A stretch of 64,000 nt of DNA, taken from the IMG/VR virus record IMGVR_UViG_3300033463_000001, positions 64,001 to 128,000 of that record; one strand, written 5' to 3'. The position numbers and the translations under genes were made by a program. Below are positions 16,472-26,298 of the stretch, piece after piece. This DNA is from a virus (lineage: Duplodnaviria; Heunggongvirae; Uroviricota; Caudoviricetes). Below the pieces are notes generated by a model that was not told the DNA's origin, searched no databases, and saw only the letters and a program-made list of their open reading frames with translations. Every line of letters begins with the position of its first letter. Position 1 is the stretch's first letter.

Positions 16472-17548
16472 ATGGAACAGATTATAGAAGTACACGATTT
16501 TTCGACAGAACTTACAAGTCCAGGCCGCATTATACGATGCCCTAATGAATTACCAGCATCTAAACAACAATGGTATGTATTCCTTGCAGGACCTATACAA
16601 GGAGCCCCTGAGTGGCAGAACTCAATCGACATGATTCCTGGCGTCACATTCCTTAGCCCGCGCCGTGTGTCGTACGATAATTTCAACTATAATGAACAAG
16701 TAAACTGGGAAACGGAAGCGATGCGCACTGCAGATGTAATTCTGTTTTGGATTCCGGAAGAGGCTGAACATATCGAAGGCCGTGGGTATGCACAGACTAC
16801 GCGTACGGAGTTTGGTGAGTACATCGCAATGGGTAAAAAGGTTATTATCGGAATCTACGATAAATTCCCAGGAAGACGATATTTTGCATCGAAATGTAAA
16901 CAGTATGGCATCACTGAACTGCATGACAGTTTGCAAGGCGTAATCGGAGAATTGAAAGCATATATCAACGAATGCAACAGACGCAAACTTGAAGAGAAGA
17001 TATTTGTTACGTCAGACACTCACTTCGGTAGTAAACGAACACTCGAATTGTCCAGGCGCCCGTTCCGTAACGTAGATGATATGGACTGGCGGCTCGTAGA
17101 GAACTGGAACCGTGTTGTCCATCCGGGTGATAAAGTATTCCATCTTGGAGACTTCGGCGATACAAAATGGGTGCGCTATCTCAACGGAGACATAACTCTC
17201 CTGTATGGAAACTATGAACGCAAAGATATTGCGGACGGTAAACTCACCAAAGAAGACTTGAGGGTATTCAGGAAGGTTTATGATAAAAAGTATCTGCCGG
17301 TTGCAATCGAAGATGATTTATACATCATGTCACACGAGCCTCTAAATGGTATCGGTGGTAGGACTGACTATATCGAGGATAAACCGATGGTTCTATATGG
17401 ACACATCCACGCGCGACAGAAAATCAAGCCTTTCGGAACAGATGTAGGCGTCGATGGAGCAAACTACACGCCAATGTCTCTAGCAGACGTTCGGTTCTTC
17501 CAAAACGCCCTGGATAAGGGCTACTACGACGAAGAGGTGTGGTGCTAA
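16472..17548 (+). CDS. nucleoside 2-deoxyribosyltransferase-like domain fused to a calcineurin-like metallophosphoesterase
   Basis: N: FLAGPIQGAPEWQ...SPRR...QVNWE...ADVILFW. C: SDTHFG, HLGDFG, GNYE, SHEP, GHIH. Confidence 0.8.
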   Translation: MEQIIEVHDFSTELTSPGRIIRCPNELPASKQQWYVFLAGPIQGAPEWQNSIDMIPGVTFLSPRRVSYDNFNYNEQVNWETEAMRTADVILFWIPEEAEHIEGRGYAQTTRTEFGEYIAMGKKVIIGIYDKFPGRRYFASKCKQYGITELHDSLQGVIGELKAYINECNRRKLEEKIFVTSDTHFGSKRTLELSRRPFRNVDDMDWRLVENWNRVVHPGDKVFHLGDFGDTKWVRYLNGDITLLYGNYERKDIADGKLTKEDLRVFRKVYDKKYLPVAIEDDLYIMSHEPLNGIGGRTDYIEDKPMVLYGHIHARQKIKPFGTDVGVDGANYTPMSLADVRFFQNALDKGYYDEEVWC

Positions 17549-17559
17549 ATAAAAGAAAG

Positions 17560-17590
17560 AAAGCGCGGCATGATTGCTGCGCTTTTTGTT
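17560..17590 (+). terminator. intrinsic terminator
   Basis: aagcgcggca-tgat-tgctgcgctt followed by a T run. Confidence 0.7.
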
Positions 17591-17744
17591 TTCATCTGTG
17601 TATTCATAAATACACAATCTCTCATTTTTCCCACTAATTCAGTGTTAATTTTATGAAATTATTTTCCTCTCGAAACTGGGTGTAAAACCATATTTATTGA
17701 AGAGGCCTACTAGTGAACTAGACAACTTAATTAAATACATAAAT

Positions 17745-18557
17745 ATGGGTAAGAAAAAACGCTTTCAAGGTCTGTCAGAAGAAGACAAGTTAATGATTGA
17801 AGAAAAGATGTCATACACACATGACGGACAGGAAAACACGAGGTATGTCGACGATTATAAACGAAGAGTAAAAGCCATGTGCTATCGCATCGACATTCAG
17901 TGCCAAACGGAAAAACAAGAGGTGTTTTACAACCACCTTTTAGATACAAGCAAGAAAGTAAATATATGCGACGCGCCTGCCGGAGTTGGTAAATCGTTCT
18001 TGGCGCTAGCTGCCGGCCTTTCACTTCTTAAAGAAGGCACAATATCAAACGTAATCATAGTTGTACCAACCATCGAGGCTAGCGAAACATGCAGAATTGG
18101 ACTTCTTCCTGGCACGATAGAAGAAAAACTAAAGCCATACACCATAGCCGCAATGGCAAACGTAGAAAAGATTTTGCGTATTGGTGGTAGCACGAATCCA
18201 AGGGAAGTAACACAATATCTGTTTAATAACGGTTTAATCCGATTTGAGTTGCTATCATATGCTCGCGGACGTACATTTGACGACTGTTTCTTAATCCTGG
18301 ATGAAGCAGAGAACCTTAGTCAAAAAGAATGCCTCCTTCTGTTAACTCGTATTGGTGACGGTTCATCAAAAGTTGCCTTACTTGGAGATAGAGAGCAATG
18401 CGACAGACGAGATGTTCGAGGAACAAACGCATGTGGACTAATATACGCAGCAGATAAACTTGCAAACTTGGATGAAGTGACTGTAGATGAATTCGAGACA
18501 TCGGATATTGTTCGGAACCCGATTATTACAAAGATTCTCAATGCATGGAACGCATAA
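17745..18557 (+). CDS. phoH: PhoH family ATPase
   Basis: PAGVGKS Walker A, GLLPGTIEEKL, RGRTF, ILDEAEN, LTRIG, DIVRNP. Confidence 0.92.
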   Translation: MGKKKRFQGLSEEDKLMIEEKMSYTHDGQENTRYVDDYKRRVKAMCYRIDIQCQTEKQEVFYNHLLDTSKKVNICDAPAGVGKSFLALAAGLSLLKEGTISNVIIVVPTIEASETCRIGLLPGTIEEKLKPYTIAAMANVEKILRIGGSTNPREVTQYLFNNGLIRFELLSYARGRTFDDCFLILDEAENLSQKECLLLLTRIGDGSSKVALLGDREQCDRRDVRGTNACGLIYAADKLANLDEVTVDEFETSDIVRNPIITKILNAWNA

Positions 18558-18559
18558 AG

Positions 18560-18587
18560 AAAACGGAGGTTAATAGCCTCCGTTTTT
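18560..18587. terminator. bidirectional terminator
   Basis: aaacggagg-ttaatag-cctccgttt between convergent genes. Confidence 0.75.
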
Positions 18588-20671
18588 CATACTTCTTCTG
18601 CATTGAGTGCATATTTAAGTGCTCTACGCAAATTTGGGTCTTCAACTGATAGAATAAGTTTAGATTGCATCCTGCTTAGCATGATGTAAAGCTCATTCAG
18701 CATTACTTTTTTGATATCGGTATTATGGTACAATTTGTTAGCCTCGTATCCATATGTTGACGGGTCGACGATTATGCGTTTCTCTTCCATGCTAAACTTA
18801 TAGCAATCCGGAATGAGTAGATAAAAACAATCAACCTCATTCCCTAACATGTTTGGCGTATAGGCTACGTAATTATTACGTCCATCCATATACATGAATG
18901 AATTAGAACGGCCTATCTTCTCAGGATTCGGGTTCCAGTTCATAAACACGCTGTACTTATTACCATTGGCATCGTACATGAATAGGTTCTCAAAATCATA
19001 ACCGCTTGCATCTTTCGATGTGCTACGCCATTCGTTTTTAGAACTCCATAACGCACCAATTTGGAAACCTTCCTTTTTAGGCCTACCTGCTGGTACCATT
19101 TTGTCTAACTCATCGTACTCAAGGCGCTTCCTTTCGGCAAATGTCAAATCACCGTATTCTTTTGTGATATACACCTCAACGGATGTTCCGGTACGCACTT
19201 TGAAACTTCCGTCATATCCTTCATAAACGAGTTTATGGAGGTCTTCGCAATAATACTCACCACCAAGGAAACGATTCTGCCTTTCGAGGTGGTAGTGTCT
19301 GTAATTGAAATTATTGTCCGCAGCGAACTTCTCAAGCTCGTTGATTGTAAAGAAGTCTTTCGTGCTTATTTTCTGGTCTTCATCACAGAAAAAATATGCT
19401 ACTCGGCCGACACTCTTAATAAGATTGAAAACATGACTGCTTTCAATTTCTTTCGTCTCGTATCGTCTATTGCCTCTTTCGTCTTTTACCTCACACCCGT
19501 TCTCATCGACCACAGCAGTACTAAGATATTTGTTGAGAGTTTGTGCTTCATCAAATATCATTACATCGTGGTTAACGTTTTGTAAAACAGTTGGTGTTTT
19601 AATATAGCGCTTCAACTCATCGAATTTAGCGCCACTCTCATCGTTCTTACTGACATGCCCGTATTTCTCAGTAATTAGCTCACGACACGCCTTGAGCATC
19701 TGTGCGCGGCGCTCCCTGTTCTTAACATAAAAACCAACGTTCACTCCCATAGTAATAAACTCATACAAGAGAGTGTGTGCAGCCATACTCTTGCCACTTC
19801 CAGGACCGCCGGATACTGCAACGATATACCTGTTCGGGAACGTATTCTTGAGCGATGCGTAGAAACACCTCAGGAGTTTAGAGTACGTCACGCTCTGCTC
19901 GTCGTTGAGTGAGTATTTGTCATGGAATGACATATCACCTGTTATTCCAAACTCGTCTTTTTTCTTCGAAAGGGCATCTTTAACCATAGCCAATGAATCC
20001 GGACTAATCGTAATATCCGTAGAAAGGAAATCGTCAGTGAATGTCGATACGTCTGTATACGTCAACACGCCGCTCAAGAAGCTAGCGAATTCCATCGAGT
20101 CTTCTCTATTTCCGGAGTAGGCCATTATATTCTCGTTCGGCTGAATGAGGCTTCGTATATCAGAGACGTCAGTGGCGTTATGCATATAGATAACGCTATA
20201 CAGCTTTACGTTACTCAGGCGCTTGCATAAACACTTAATAATAGCCTCGACCTGGCGTTTGTAATTTCGTATTTGCGGAAGGGGGTGAATGCGTGTATCA
20301 GTCTGACTCAATACAGCATTCAGCATTCCATTTACTTCAACTGCTTTCCACTTCGTCCATTGTTTATTTTCTCCCAGAATCACAACAGGATAGACAGCAT
20401 CTCCACCAATCAAAATCCAATCACACCTACCTCCGGCCAACTCGTATTCACACACCAAAATAACACTATCAGGTATTGAAGACATATTAATAATGTTCAT
20501 CAATGCTGGTAGTGATTTCTCCCATGAACGCAACTCGGATGGATTAATACTTTCCTTAGCCGCTTTGCATTCGTCAACTATAAAACTTGCAATGCTTCTA
20601 CCGGATTTCCTGATATCACCGATGGTCATAGCAAATTTGGCACGTGGTGTGCTTACAACAGTAGTCTCCAT
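18587..20671 (-). CDS. DUF2075 / Schlafen group-3-like nuclease-helicase
   Basis: N-terminal E.RSW..SL, EY..., R.D...ENKQW nuclease-like motif; GGPGSGKS, FDEAQ, QNRF, Y.MLSR helicase motifs. Confidence 0.75.
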   Translation of the reverse strand: METTVVSTPRAKFAMTIGDIRKSGRSIASFIVDECKAAKESINPSELRSWEKSLPALMNIINMSSIPDSVILVCEYELAGGRCDWILIGGDAVYPVVILGENKQWTKWKAVEVNGMLNAVLSQTDTRIHPLPQIRNYKRQVEAIIKCLCKRLSNVKLYSVIYMHNATDVSDIRSLIQPNENIMAYSGNREDSMEFASFLSGVLTYTDVSTFTDDFLSTDITISPDSLAMVKDALSKKKDEFGITGDMSFHDKYSLNDEQSVTYSKLLRCFYASLKNTFPNRYIVAVSGGPGSGKSMAAHTLLYEFITMGVNVGFYVKNRERRAQMLKACRELITEKYGHVSKNDESGAKFDELKRYIKTPTVLQNVNHDVMIFDEAQTLNKYLSTAVVDENGCEVKDERGNRRYETKEIESSHVFNLIKSVGRVAYFFCDEDQKISTKDFFTINELEKFAADNNFNYRHYHLERQNRFLGGEYYCEDLHKLVYEGYDGSFKVRTGTSVEVYITKEYGDLTFAERKRLEYDELDKMVPAGRPKKEGFQIGALWSSKNEWRSTSKDASGYDFENLFMYDANGNKYSVFMNWNPNPEKIGRSNSFMYMDGRNNYVAYTPNMLGNEVDCFYLLIPDCYKFSMEEKRIIVDPSTYGYEANKLYHNTDIKKVMLNELYIMLSRMQSKLILSVEDPNLRRALKYALNAEEV

Positions 20672-20705
20672 TAACCTTTTAGTGTTTACATCTAATTTCT
20701 CGTTA

Positions 20706-20717
20706 CTAATATAGTCC
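20706..20717 (-). promoter_or_regulatory. putative middle promoter GGACTATATTAG
   Basis: Identical 12-mer at 25118-25129 and 27210-27221 (-); related copies at 10482, 40661 and 43636 (+). Confidence 0.65.
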
Positions 20718-20859
20718 TTTTAACACGAATCTGCAACTATTTAAGGCTTCTTTTTCCATGCGTGCGAGTATTTATTAGTATAGAAGGATTATGCGCGCAC
20801 ATCAATGCGCAGCGTTGCCATGCCGTGCATGGCCGTATTAAAAGCAATTTAATAAGATA

Positions 20860-22176
20860 ATGAATACTACTGTTACATTAGAAGAAGCTAAACGTGGCAC
20901 TAACATGTTTATCTCGGCAAAGAACAACAAAACGCTATCAATCGTCGAGAGTACACTTTCACAAATTGGCAATGGCGCATATGCAAAGGATAACAAGACT
21001 TTGTATTTGCATGTTAGCCCGGCACAAGGTAAAACTCTGAAAGAATCACTGCTGTTTGCGTTGGAACAAAATGGTGTTAACACAGCAAACGTAAAGATTT
21101 CTAGAATGACAACGAACGAATCACCGTTGACTCGTTTCGCTCTCAAAGAGGGTGTTGTGGCTCCTTCTCGCGATAATGCTAATACGAAACGCATCCGTCT
21201 TACACGCGAAGGATTGAGTCGTCTTGTTACAAAGGCAGTGAATGAGGCATTGAGTAAGCGCGACCCGAAACTCGCGTCGCTTCCGTTTGACCAACAAGTT
21301 TCAATCTTGACCAATGAGGCAAGAAAGCACATGATACAGGAGGGTACTAGCAATTTCTTCCTTATCAACTCAGATACATACCACGCACTACCAGAGCCGG
21401 AAGACGAAAATGGTAATCGGAAAGAATGGGATGATGTGGATTATGACTTCGCTATTGAGGATGTTCGTGAAACATTCCTGAGTAACGGATGGGATACGTG
21501 CGACAAAGATAAACGTTATTCGTACGACTCTTATTCTATAGGTGTCGACAAAACATGCGAACCGGAGAGCTTTGAGACGCCAATCTACATCATCGTGCTG
21601 GTTTGTCCGGGATACTATGAGTCTGCAACTATCGACTACGAAATCGTATGCGACTTTATGAAGCTGTCAGACTTCAACAGCATCGAGGAGTTTGCTGCTG
21701 AGTGTGTTGAATGGTGTGGTTCTTCTGAAACTGATGAGGATAAACAAAAAGAAATCGCAGAGGTTGTAGCAAGTATAAATGCAGGCATTGCTAACTTCGA
21801 AGAGGTAGTAGAAAAATGCACGGTTCCGTATGGTGTTTATGCTCGTTTTAGTAACGGTGAAACAATGTATAAAAACCTGCGCGAAGAGGATGTTGAGCAT
21901 GGAGCTACCGATGAGAATGAAGATATATACAGTTACTCGTATTTTGCTAGCGAATTAGCAAAATTTGGATGGTCATTCCATGACTCATATGTTGACGACA
22001 ACGACGGTAGTGTTATCTTCGCAATCGACAAAGACAGACCCGAAGGAGTTGAGCTTGACGAATTGAAAGCTAAACTTCGCGAGATATACGGTAATAATAT
22101 AAAGTTTGGAACTCGTACAGCAGTACAGGCACCAGAACTAAAATCAACTGTTGTTAAACTGATTTATGCCGACTAA
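20860..22176 (+). CDS. multi-domain acidic putative head-internal protein
   Basis: TATTTAT upstream; RIRLTREGLSRLVTKAVNE tag; several [ILV]xE sites. Confidence 0.7.
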   Translation: MNTTVTLEEAKRGTNMFISAKNNKTLSIVESTLSQIGNGAYAKDNKTLYLHVSPAQGKTLKESLLFALEQNGVNTANVKISRMTTNESPLTRFALKEGVVAPSRDNANTKRIRLTREGLSRLVTKAVNEALSKRDPKLASLPFDQQVSILTNEARKHMIQEGTSNFFLINSDTYHALPEPEDENGNRKEWDDVDYDFAIEDVRETFLSNGWDTCDKDKRYSYDSYSIGVDKTCEPESFETPIYIIVLVCPGYYESATIDYEIVCDFMKLSDFNSIEEFAAECVEWCGSSETDEDKQKEIAEVVASINAGIANFEEVVEKCTVPYGVYARFSNGETMYKNLREEDVEHGATDENEDIYSYSYFASELAKFGWSFHDSYVDDNDGSVIFAIDKDRPEGVELDELKAKLREIYGNNIKFGTRTAVQAPELKSTVVKLIYAD

Positions 22177-23146
22177 CCAATACGACATAATAAAAAGAGT
22201 TGTCGACGAGGCGCTTGTGCATGTTTTACACGAAGACTGCGGAGGTGCCACGACGACTTTCTTTGTTGGTGGAGAGGGTGGATTTGCATACGATAAAAAC
22301 GCATTACCACAAACAAAAGACCCGGCATACGTCCATCGCAAAAAAGGTGGTATAGCATGTGACAGAATTGATTCCGGAAAGACAACTGTAGAGGAGTCCA
22401 CAATACCACTAAAAGACGTGGTGGATAAATACTATCAAGATGCAGATGAACAGGGAATTATTGCTGCACTTGATTTAGACCCAACGTCACCAACTGGTGC
22501 ACAATTTAAGCGTACTCCGGACGGAGAGATGGTACTTGACATAGAAGCATCTAAGAAAGGTAGATTTTTCGCTTGGATAATGAAAAACTACGAAATCTAC
22601 TGTGACGATATGATGTGGTGGGAGGACGACCTTAAAGATGCCTTGAGTAAATTCGTAAAAGCGTGCCAGGTGAACTATGACGGTATTGACAGGGATATTA
22701 ACAAATATTCAATTCCAGGTCTCATAGACACCATGTTCGCTATCGACCCTTCTGATTTACAAACTAAGAGCGAACGCTGTGAACAGTTTAAAACGCTATA
22801 CGAGGATGACGAATGGGTTATCTACAAACCACTAACTCATGATGCAGCGCGCTTCCTTGGACACGGTTCACGTTGGTGCACTTCAGCCGGTGATAACGGA
22901 ATCCATAAAGGTACGGAATCATTCAACGCATACGCAGAACAAGGCGGTATATACATCAACATGGATAAACGGACAGATGCGCTTTATCAATTTAATTTCA
23001 CATTTGGTGAATATCGCGACTCAGAAAATACAGAAATCATCCCTAACGAACGTGATTTCACAAAGATAGCGCAAAAAATAGGCATGCCAGAAGGTGCATT
23101 CCAATGGTACATGAATAACATTACAGAACTGCAGAGTTCGAAATGA
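22166..23146 (+). CDS. putative head-internal protein with a C-terminal G.RWCT (PcfJ-like) domain
   Basis: IIKRVVDEALVHVLHE tag; WVIYKPLT..AA..LG.GSRWCT...F..Y. Confidence 0.7.
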   Translation: MPTNQYDIIKRVVDEALVHVLHEDCGGATTTFFVGGEGGFAYDKNALPQTKDPAYVHRKKGGIACDRIDSGKTTVEESTIPLKDVVDKYYQDADEQGIIAALDLDPTSPTGAQFKRTPDGEMVLDIEASKKGRFFAWIMKNYEIYCDDMMWWEDDLKDALSKFVKACQVNYDGIDRDINKYSIPGLIDTMFAIDPSDLQTKSERCEQFKTLYEDDEWVIYKPLTHDAARFLGHGSRWCTSAGDNGIHKGTESFNAYAEQGGIYINMDKRTDALYQFNFTFGEYRDSENTEIIPNERDFTKIAQKIGMPEGAFQWYMNNITELQSSK

Positions 23147-23178
23147 AATAACTATTAAACAAATAAACAAACAAGAAT

Positions 23179-23661
23179 ATGGAACAGACGAAAATCGTAC
23201 GCCTTACTGAAGAGGAGTTTGTAGGCGTTATCAAAGAATCAGTAATGGAGATTCTTGCAGAGAATGGTGTTGCCTTGAACGAAGACTTCTTCGACAACCT
23301 AAAGAGCGGTGCAAGGGCTTTCTTCGGAAAAGGACCTGGTGATAATAACGCCACATCCAAAGCTGCTCGCACTCAGTCTGGAGGCCTGAACCTTAAAAAG
23401 CGTTTCGACGCAGCAAAAACTGGTTTTGAGATGCGTAAACAAGGTGACGAAATTGGGCAGGTTGTTCAATTCCTGAAAGATTTGGTTGCAAAGAAAGAGC
23501 TTGACCCATCGTTCACTATCGCCCAGTTGATTGGTGGCAAGTTGAATGGTAACAAGTTTGGTGTTCTTGACGCAATGAAAAACAACCGTTCTGCGCAAGC
23601 TTCGAGGGCAATCAACAAAATCTACCCGAAAGTAGAAAAACAAGCAGCTCCTCAAGCGTAA
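23179..23661 (+). CDS. putative head-internal protein
   Basis: KIVRLTEEEFVGVIKESVMEILAE...LNE tag. Confidence 0.75.
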   Translation: MEQTKIVRLTEEEFVGVIKESVMEILAENGVALNEDFFDNLKSGARAFFGKGPGDNNATSKAARTQSGGLNLKKRFDAAKTGFEMRKQGDEIGQVVQFLKDLVAKKELDPSFTIAQLIGGKLNGNKFGVLDAMKNNRSAQASRAINKIYPKVEKQAAPQA

Positions 23662-23682
23662 TCTTACGCTTACTAACGAATG

Positions 23683-23718
23683 AACCGGATGGCTGGATTT
23701 CCAACTCATCCGGTTTTT
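23683..23718. terminator. terminator between convergent genes
   Basis: aaccggatg...catccggtt followed by a T run. Confidence 0.65.
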
Positions 23719-24107
23719 CTTTTCTTATCTGGGAGGTATTTGATGTGTGGATACGTACTTTGGATACCCAACTTATATTTTTTATTGAGGACAGTTTTAG
23801 CTATCCAAAACAGCCCACAATGTTGGAATGAACCACCAATTGGCTCTATTGTTGAATAGACATAGTAGTGAATCATTTCATGCACAAGAACGCTACGGAA
23901 TGATTCTTCATCGAAATCCACATTGTAAGCGATAAATATGGTAGCGTCATAAAGTTTATGCGTTTCCTTATCGCGCTTACATTTAAACATGCCAACATCC
24001 TGGAACCCATCAATTAGACGGAATTTTGGCATCTCTAGTGTGTCTCTGAAATAAAGGTGATTATACTCTTTGAATTTATCCCTTAATAATCTGATTGTAA
24101 CGTCCAT
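23706..24107 (-). CDS. SprT-like zinc metalloprotease
   Basis: F..YN..YF...L; VLVHEMIH (HExxH) with a downstream H. Confidence 0.8.
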   Translation of the reverse strand: MDVTIRLLRDKFKEYNHLYFRDTLEMPKFRLIDGFQDVGMFKCKRDKETHKLYDATIFIAYNVDFDEESFRSVLVHEMIHYYVYSTIEPIGGSFQHCGLFWIAKTVLNKKYKLGIQSTYPHIKYLPDKKRKTG

Positions 24108-24137
24108 AACTACTATCCGATTTCAAGATTAAACACG

Positions 24138-24488
24138 TTAATCTTTATAGAATGCCGGGGCAGCTCCGAGGTACAACCTCTGCTTTAATGTCGTTGCATC
24201 AGTTTTATTCATTTTGAATTCAGAAGCAACCTCACCGATAATTGTACCACTCAACGACTCTTTAATTTTATGGTCATTGAATGGGATATAATAAACAAGA
24301 CCGCGATTAATGCGTTCTTCTTCTGGAAGGTGTGAATCTAGCGTAATTATTTCTTCACTACCACCACGTTTGCAGTATTTGCATGTCGTTGCAATATACT
24401 CGTCCAAATCCAGGCTAGGAGTTGACGCGGCGAACAATCGCCGTAATGCCTCCATCTCTGCCTCAAACCATTTCTTTCTACTTACCAT
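24138..24488 (-). CDS. hypothetical protein
   Basis: Part of the minus-strand operon. Confidence 0.65.
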   Translation of the reverse strand: MVSRKKWFEAEMEALRRLFAASTPSLDLDEYIATTCKYCKRGGSEEIITLDSHLPEEERINRGLVYYIPFNDHKIKESLSGTIIGEVASEFKMNKTDATTLKQRLYLGAAPAFYKD

Positions 24489-24700
24489 TCTATTTTAAAT
24501 GTTAATGGGTCTTCTGTTATCTTATATCCATTCCATCTCGCTTGCATCCGGAGGATTGCCATATTGAGAAAATTCGTATTTTTCTTATCAATTTCTACTT
24601 CCCTTCGGCCGGTAAACGCGAGCATTGCGATTTGGTCAGAAATAGGTAGCACTACGCCTTGGCCAGATGCAAGTGCAGATGCTGTTTGTGCACTTATCAT
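24482..24700 (-). CDS. hypothetical protein
   Basis: Overlapping start/stop with its neighbours. Confidence 0.6.
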   Translation of the reverse strand: MISAQTASALASGQGVVLPISDQIAMLAFTGRREVEIDKKNTNFLNMAILRMQARWNGYKITEDPLTFKIEW

Positions 24701-25098
24701 AACGTCTCTAAAAAATTTTGATATTCAATTTCTTTTTGTTTGTAGAAGCTACTACCGAACAATTTTTCCATGAAACGTCCGATATATCCAATCTCATGCT
24801 TGTGGCGCTCAATTTCCAGTTTCTGTTTTTCTATAAATTCACTGATAAGCTTATCTTTCTCGTGATTTGCTTCGTAAAAATCCATTTGTATATCTCCAAT
24901 GTTTGTGAACTCCTTTACGACACCACAATGCACCCAAGGGCTTTTAATATATACAAATTGTCCATGAATCTTGTCAATATAGATTGCTGTAGTGCACTTG
25001 TCAATTAAAGCGCGAGTATTCTCGTCGAAGTCTCCATACGTCACAAACGTGACATTTTTCTTAATCGCCATGTCGGCGTTTGTTAAAATCAAAACCAT
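24697..25098 (-). CDS. hypothetical protein
   Basis: First gene after GGACTATATTAG at 25118-25129. Confidence 0.65.
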   Translation of the reverse strand: MVLILTNADMAIKKNVTFVTYGDFDENTRALIDKCTTAIYIDKIHGQFVYIKSPWVHCGVVKEFTNIGDIQMDFYEANHEKDKLISEFIEKQKLEIERHKHEIGYIGRFMEKLFGSSFYKQKEIEYQNFLETL

Positions 25099-25177
25099 TT
25101 CTAAATGTTTGTCTTAGCTAATATAGTCCCTTTTATCCAAACACATAAAAAAAGAGCGGCACAACACCGCTCAATCT

Positions 25178-26266
25178 TCACTTTTTCATTTGCTCAACTC
25201 TCGCATGAGCAACCTTATTCACAATCTCATTGATTTCTTTCTGAGATAGATAATAGGTTTTCTGCTCTGTTACAGGCTCAAGAACGATTGCCTTTGCCGC
25301 ATTTTGGATGACATGGGACAACTCACCCCACTGGATGTACGGGAACTCTTTCACAATCTCAGTGTTAATCCATGTAACAGGTTCAACGCTACCATCCGGG
25401 TGACGTACAGTTGCAACGATGTACAGGATGTTGCTCATCAAGAACTGTTTATTAACAAGGTTCCTGTATGAGTTCAAATCGCTCATTTCTGCCTTGAACG
25501 ATGCCTCCTCCTCGGACACTTCAGCAACCGCCTTATCAACGGCCGGCTTGCCAAAGGAGCCAATCAAGAACTTCATCATTTCCTTATCAAGCTTTTCAAG
25601 CTCACCGTTTTCGTCAGCGAAATACCATTGGCTGCTCTGAAGGTTCTTACTATCTGATGCAAGATTCTGACGGGCAGCAATCTTATTTGCGTCATCTATA
25701 TTTGCATAGAATCCACCACCGAGGTAGTTCTGATATTTTGAACCATTGTTTGCATATCGAGGGTCAGTTACCCTACGCTCTCCGGTTCCACCATAGTTAT
25801 GACGCCAGTCGTCGTCTTTATACTCACTAGCATCTTTGCCGAACCCATGACGGCGCCTAATGTCGAGCTCCTGATTGGTTGCGTTTTCGAAATCTTTTGC
25901 AAGACTCTTGTCGTCGCGCCAGTTAATTTTGTAGCTACCAATTTTTACAATGTGACCATCACCGATATCAAACGGAGTGGTCGCCCTTGACCCTGCTAGC
26001 GCCTGTTGGTATTTCTCGCTATCACGAACCTTGCCAAGTGCCTGGCCGAATTTCGTTTGACCATTGGCGTATGTGCCAAGTTTCTCGTCGTTGTCCTTGT
26101 TGACATACTTCTGAGTCTTAGAGCCATACTTAAACGTGTGGGATGAGAGGCTGTTAGAGTCCTCGATGTACCCAAGGTGAACGAATTGGCCGGGGATAAT
26201 TTCGTTGGTGTTGAAATTCCATTGGCCAGTCAAAATCGTGCGTTCTTTTGCTTCTTCTAGTGTCAT
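25178..26266 (-). CDS. putative virion or head-internal protein
   Basis: TATTTAT upstream; C-terminal VTEQKTYYLSQKEINEIVNKV tag. Confidence 0.7.
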   Translation of the reverse strand: MTLEEAKERTILTGQWNFNTNEIIPGQFVHLGYIEDSNSLSSHTFKYGSKTQKYVNKDNDEKLGTYANGQTKFGQALGKVRDSEKYQQALAGSRATTPFDIGDGHIVKIGSYKINWRDDKSLAKDFENATNQELDIRRRHGFGKDASEYKDDDWRHNYGGTGERRVTDPRYANNGSKYQNYLGGGFYANIDDANKIAARQNLASDSKNLQSSQWYFADENGELEKLDKEMMKFLIGSFGKPAVDKAVAEVSEEEASFKAEMSDLNSYRNLVNKQFLMSNILYIVATVRHPDGSVEPVTWINTEIVKEFPYIQWGELSHVIQNAAKAIVLEPVTEQKTYYLSQKEINEIVNKVAHARVEQMKK

Positions 26267-26298
26267 ATATAAACAATTTTTTTACTATCAATAAATAC

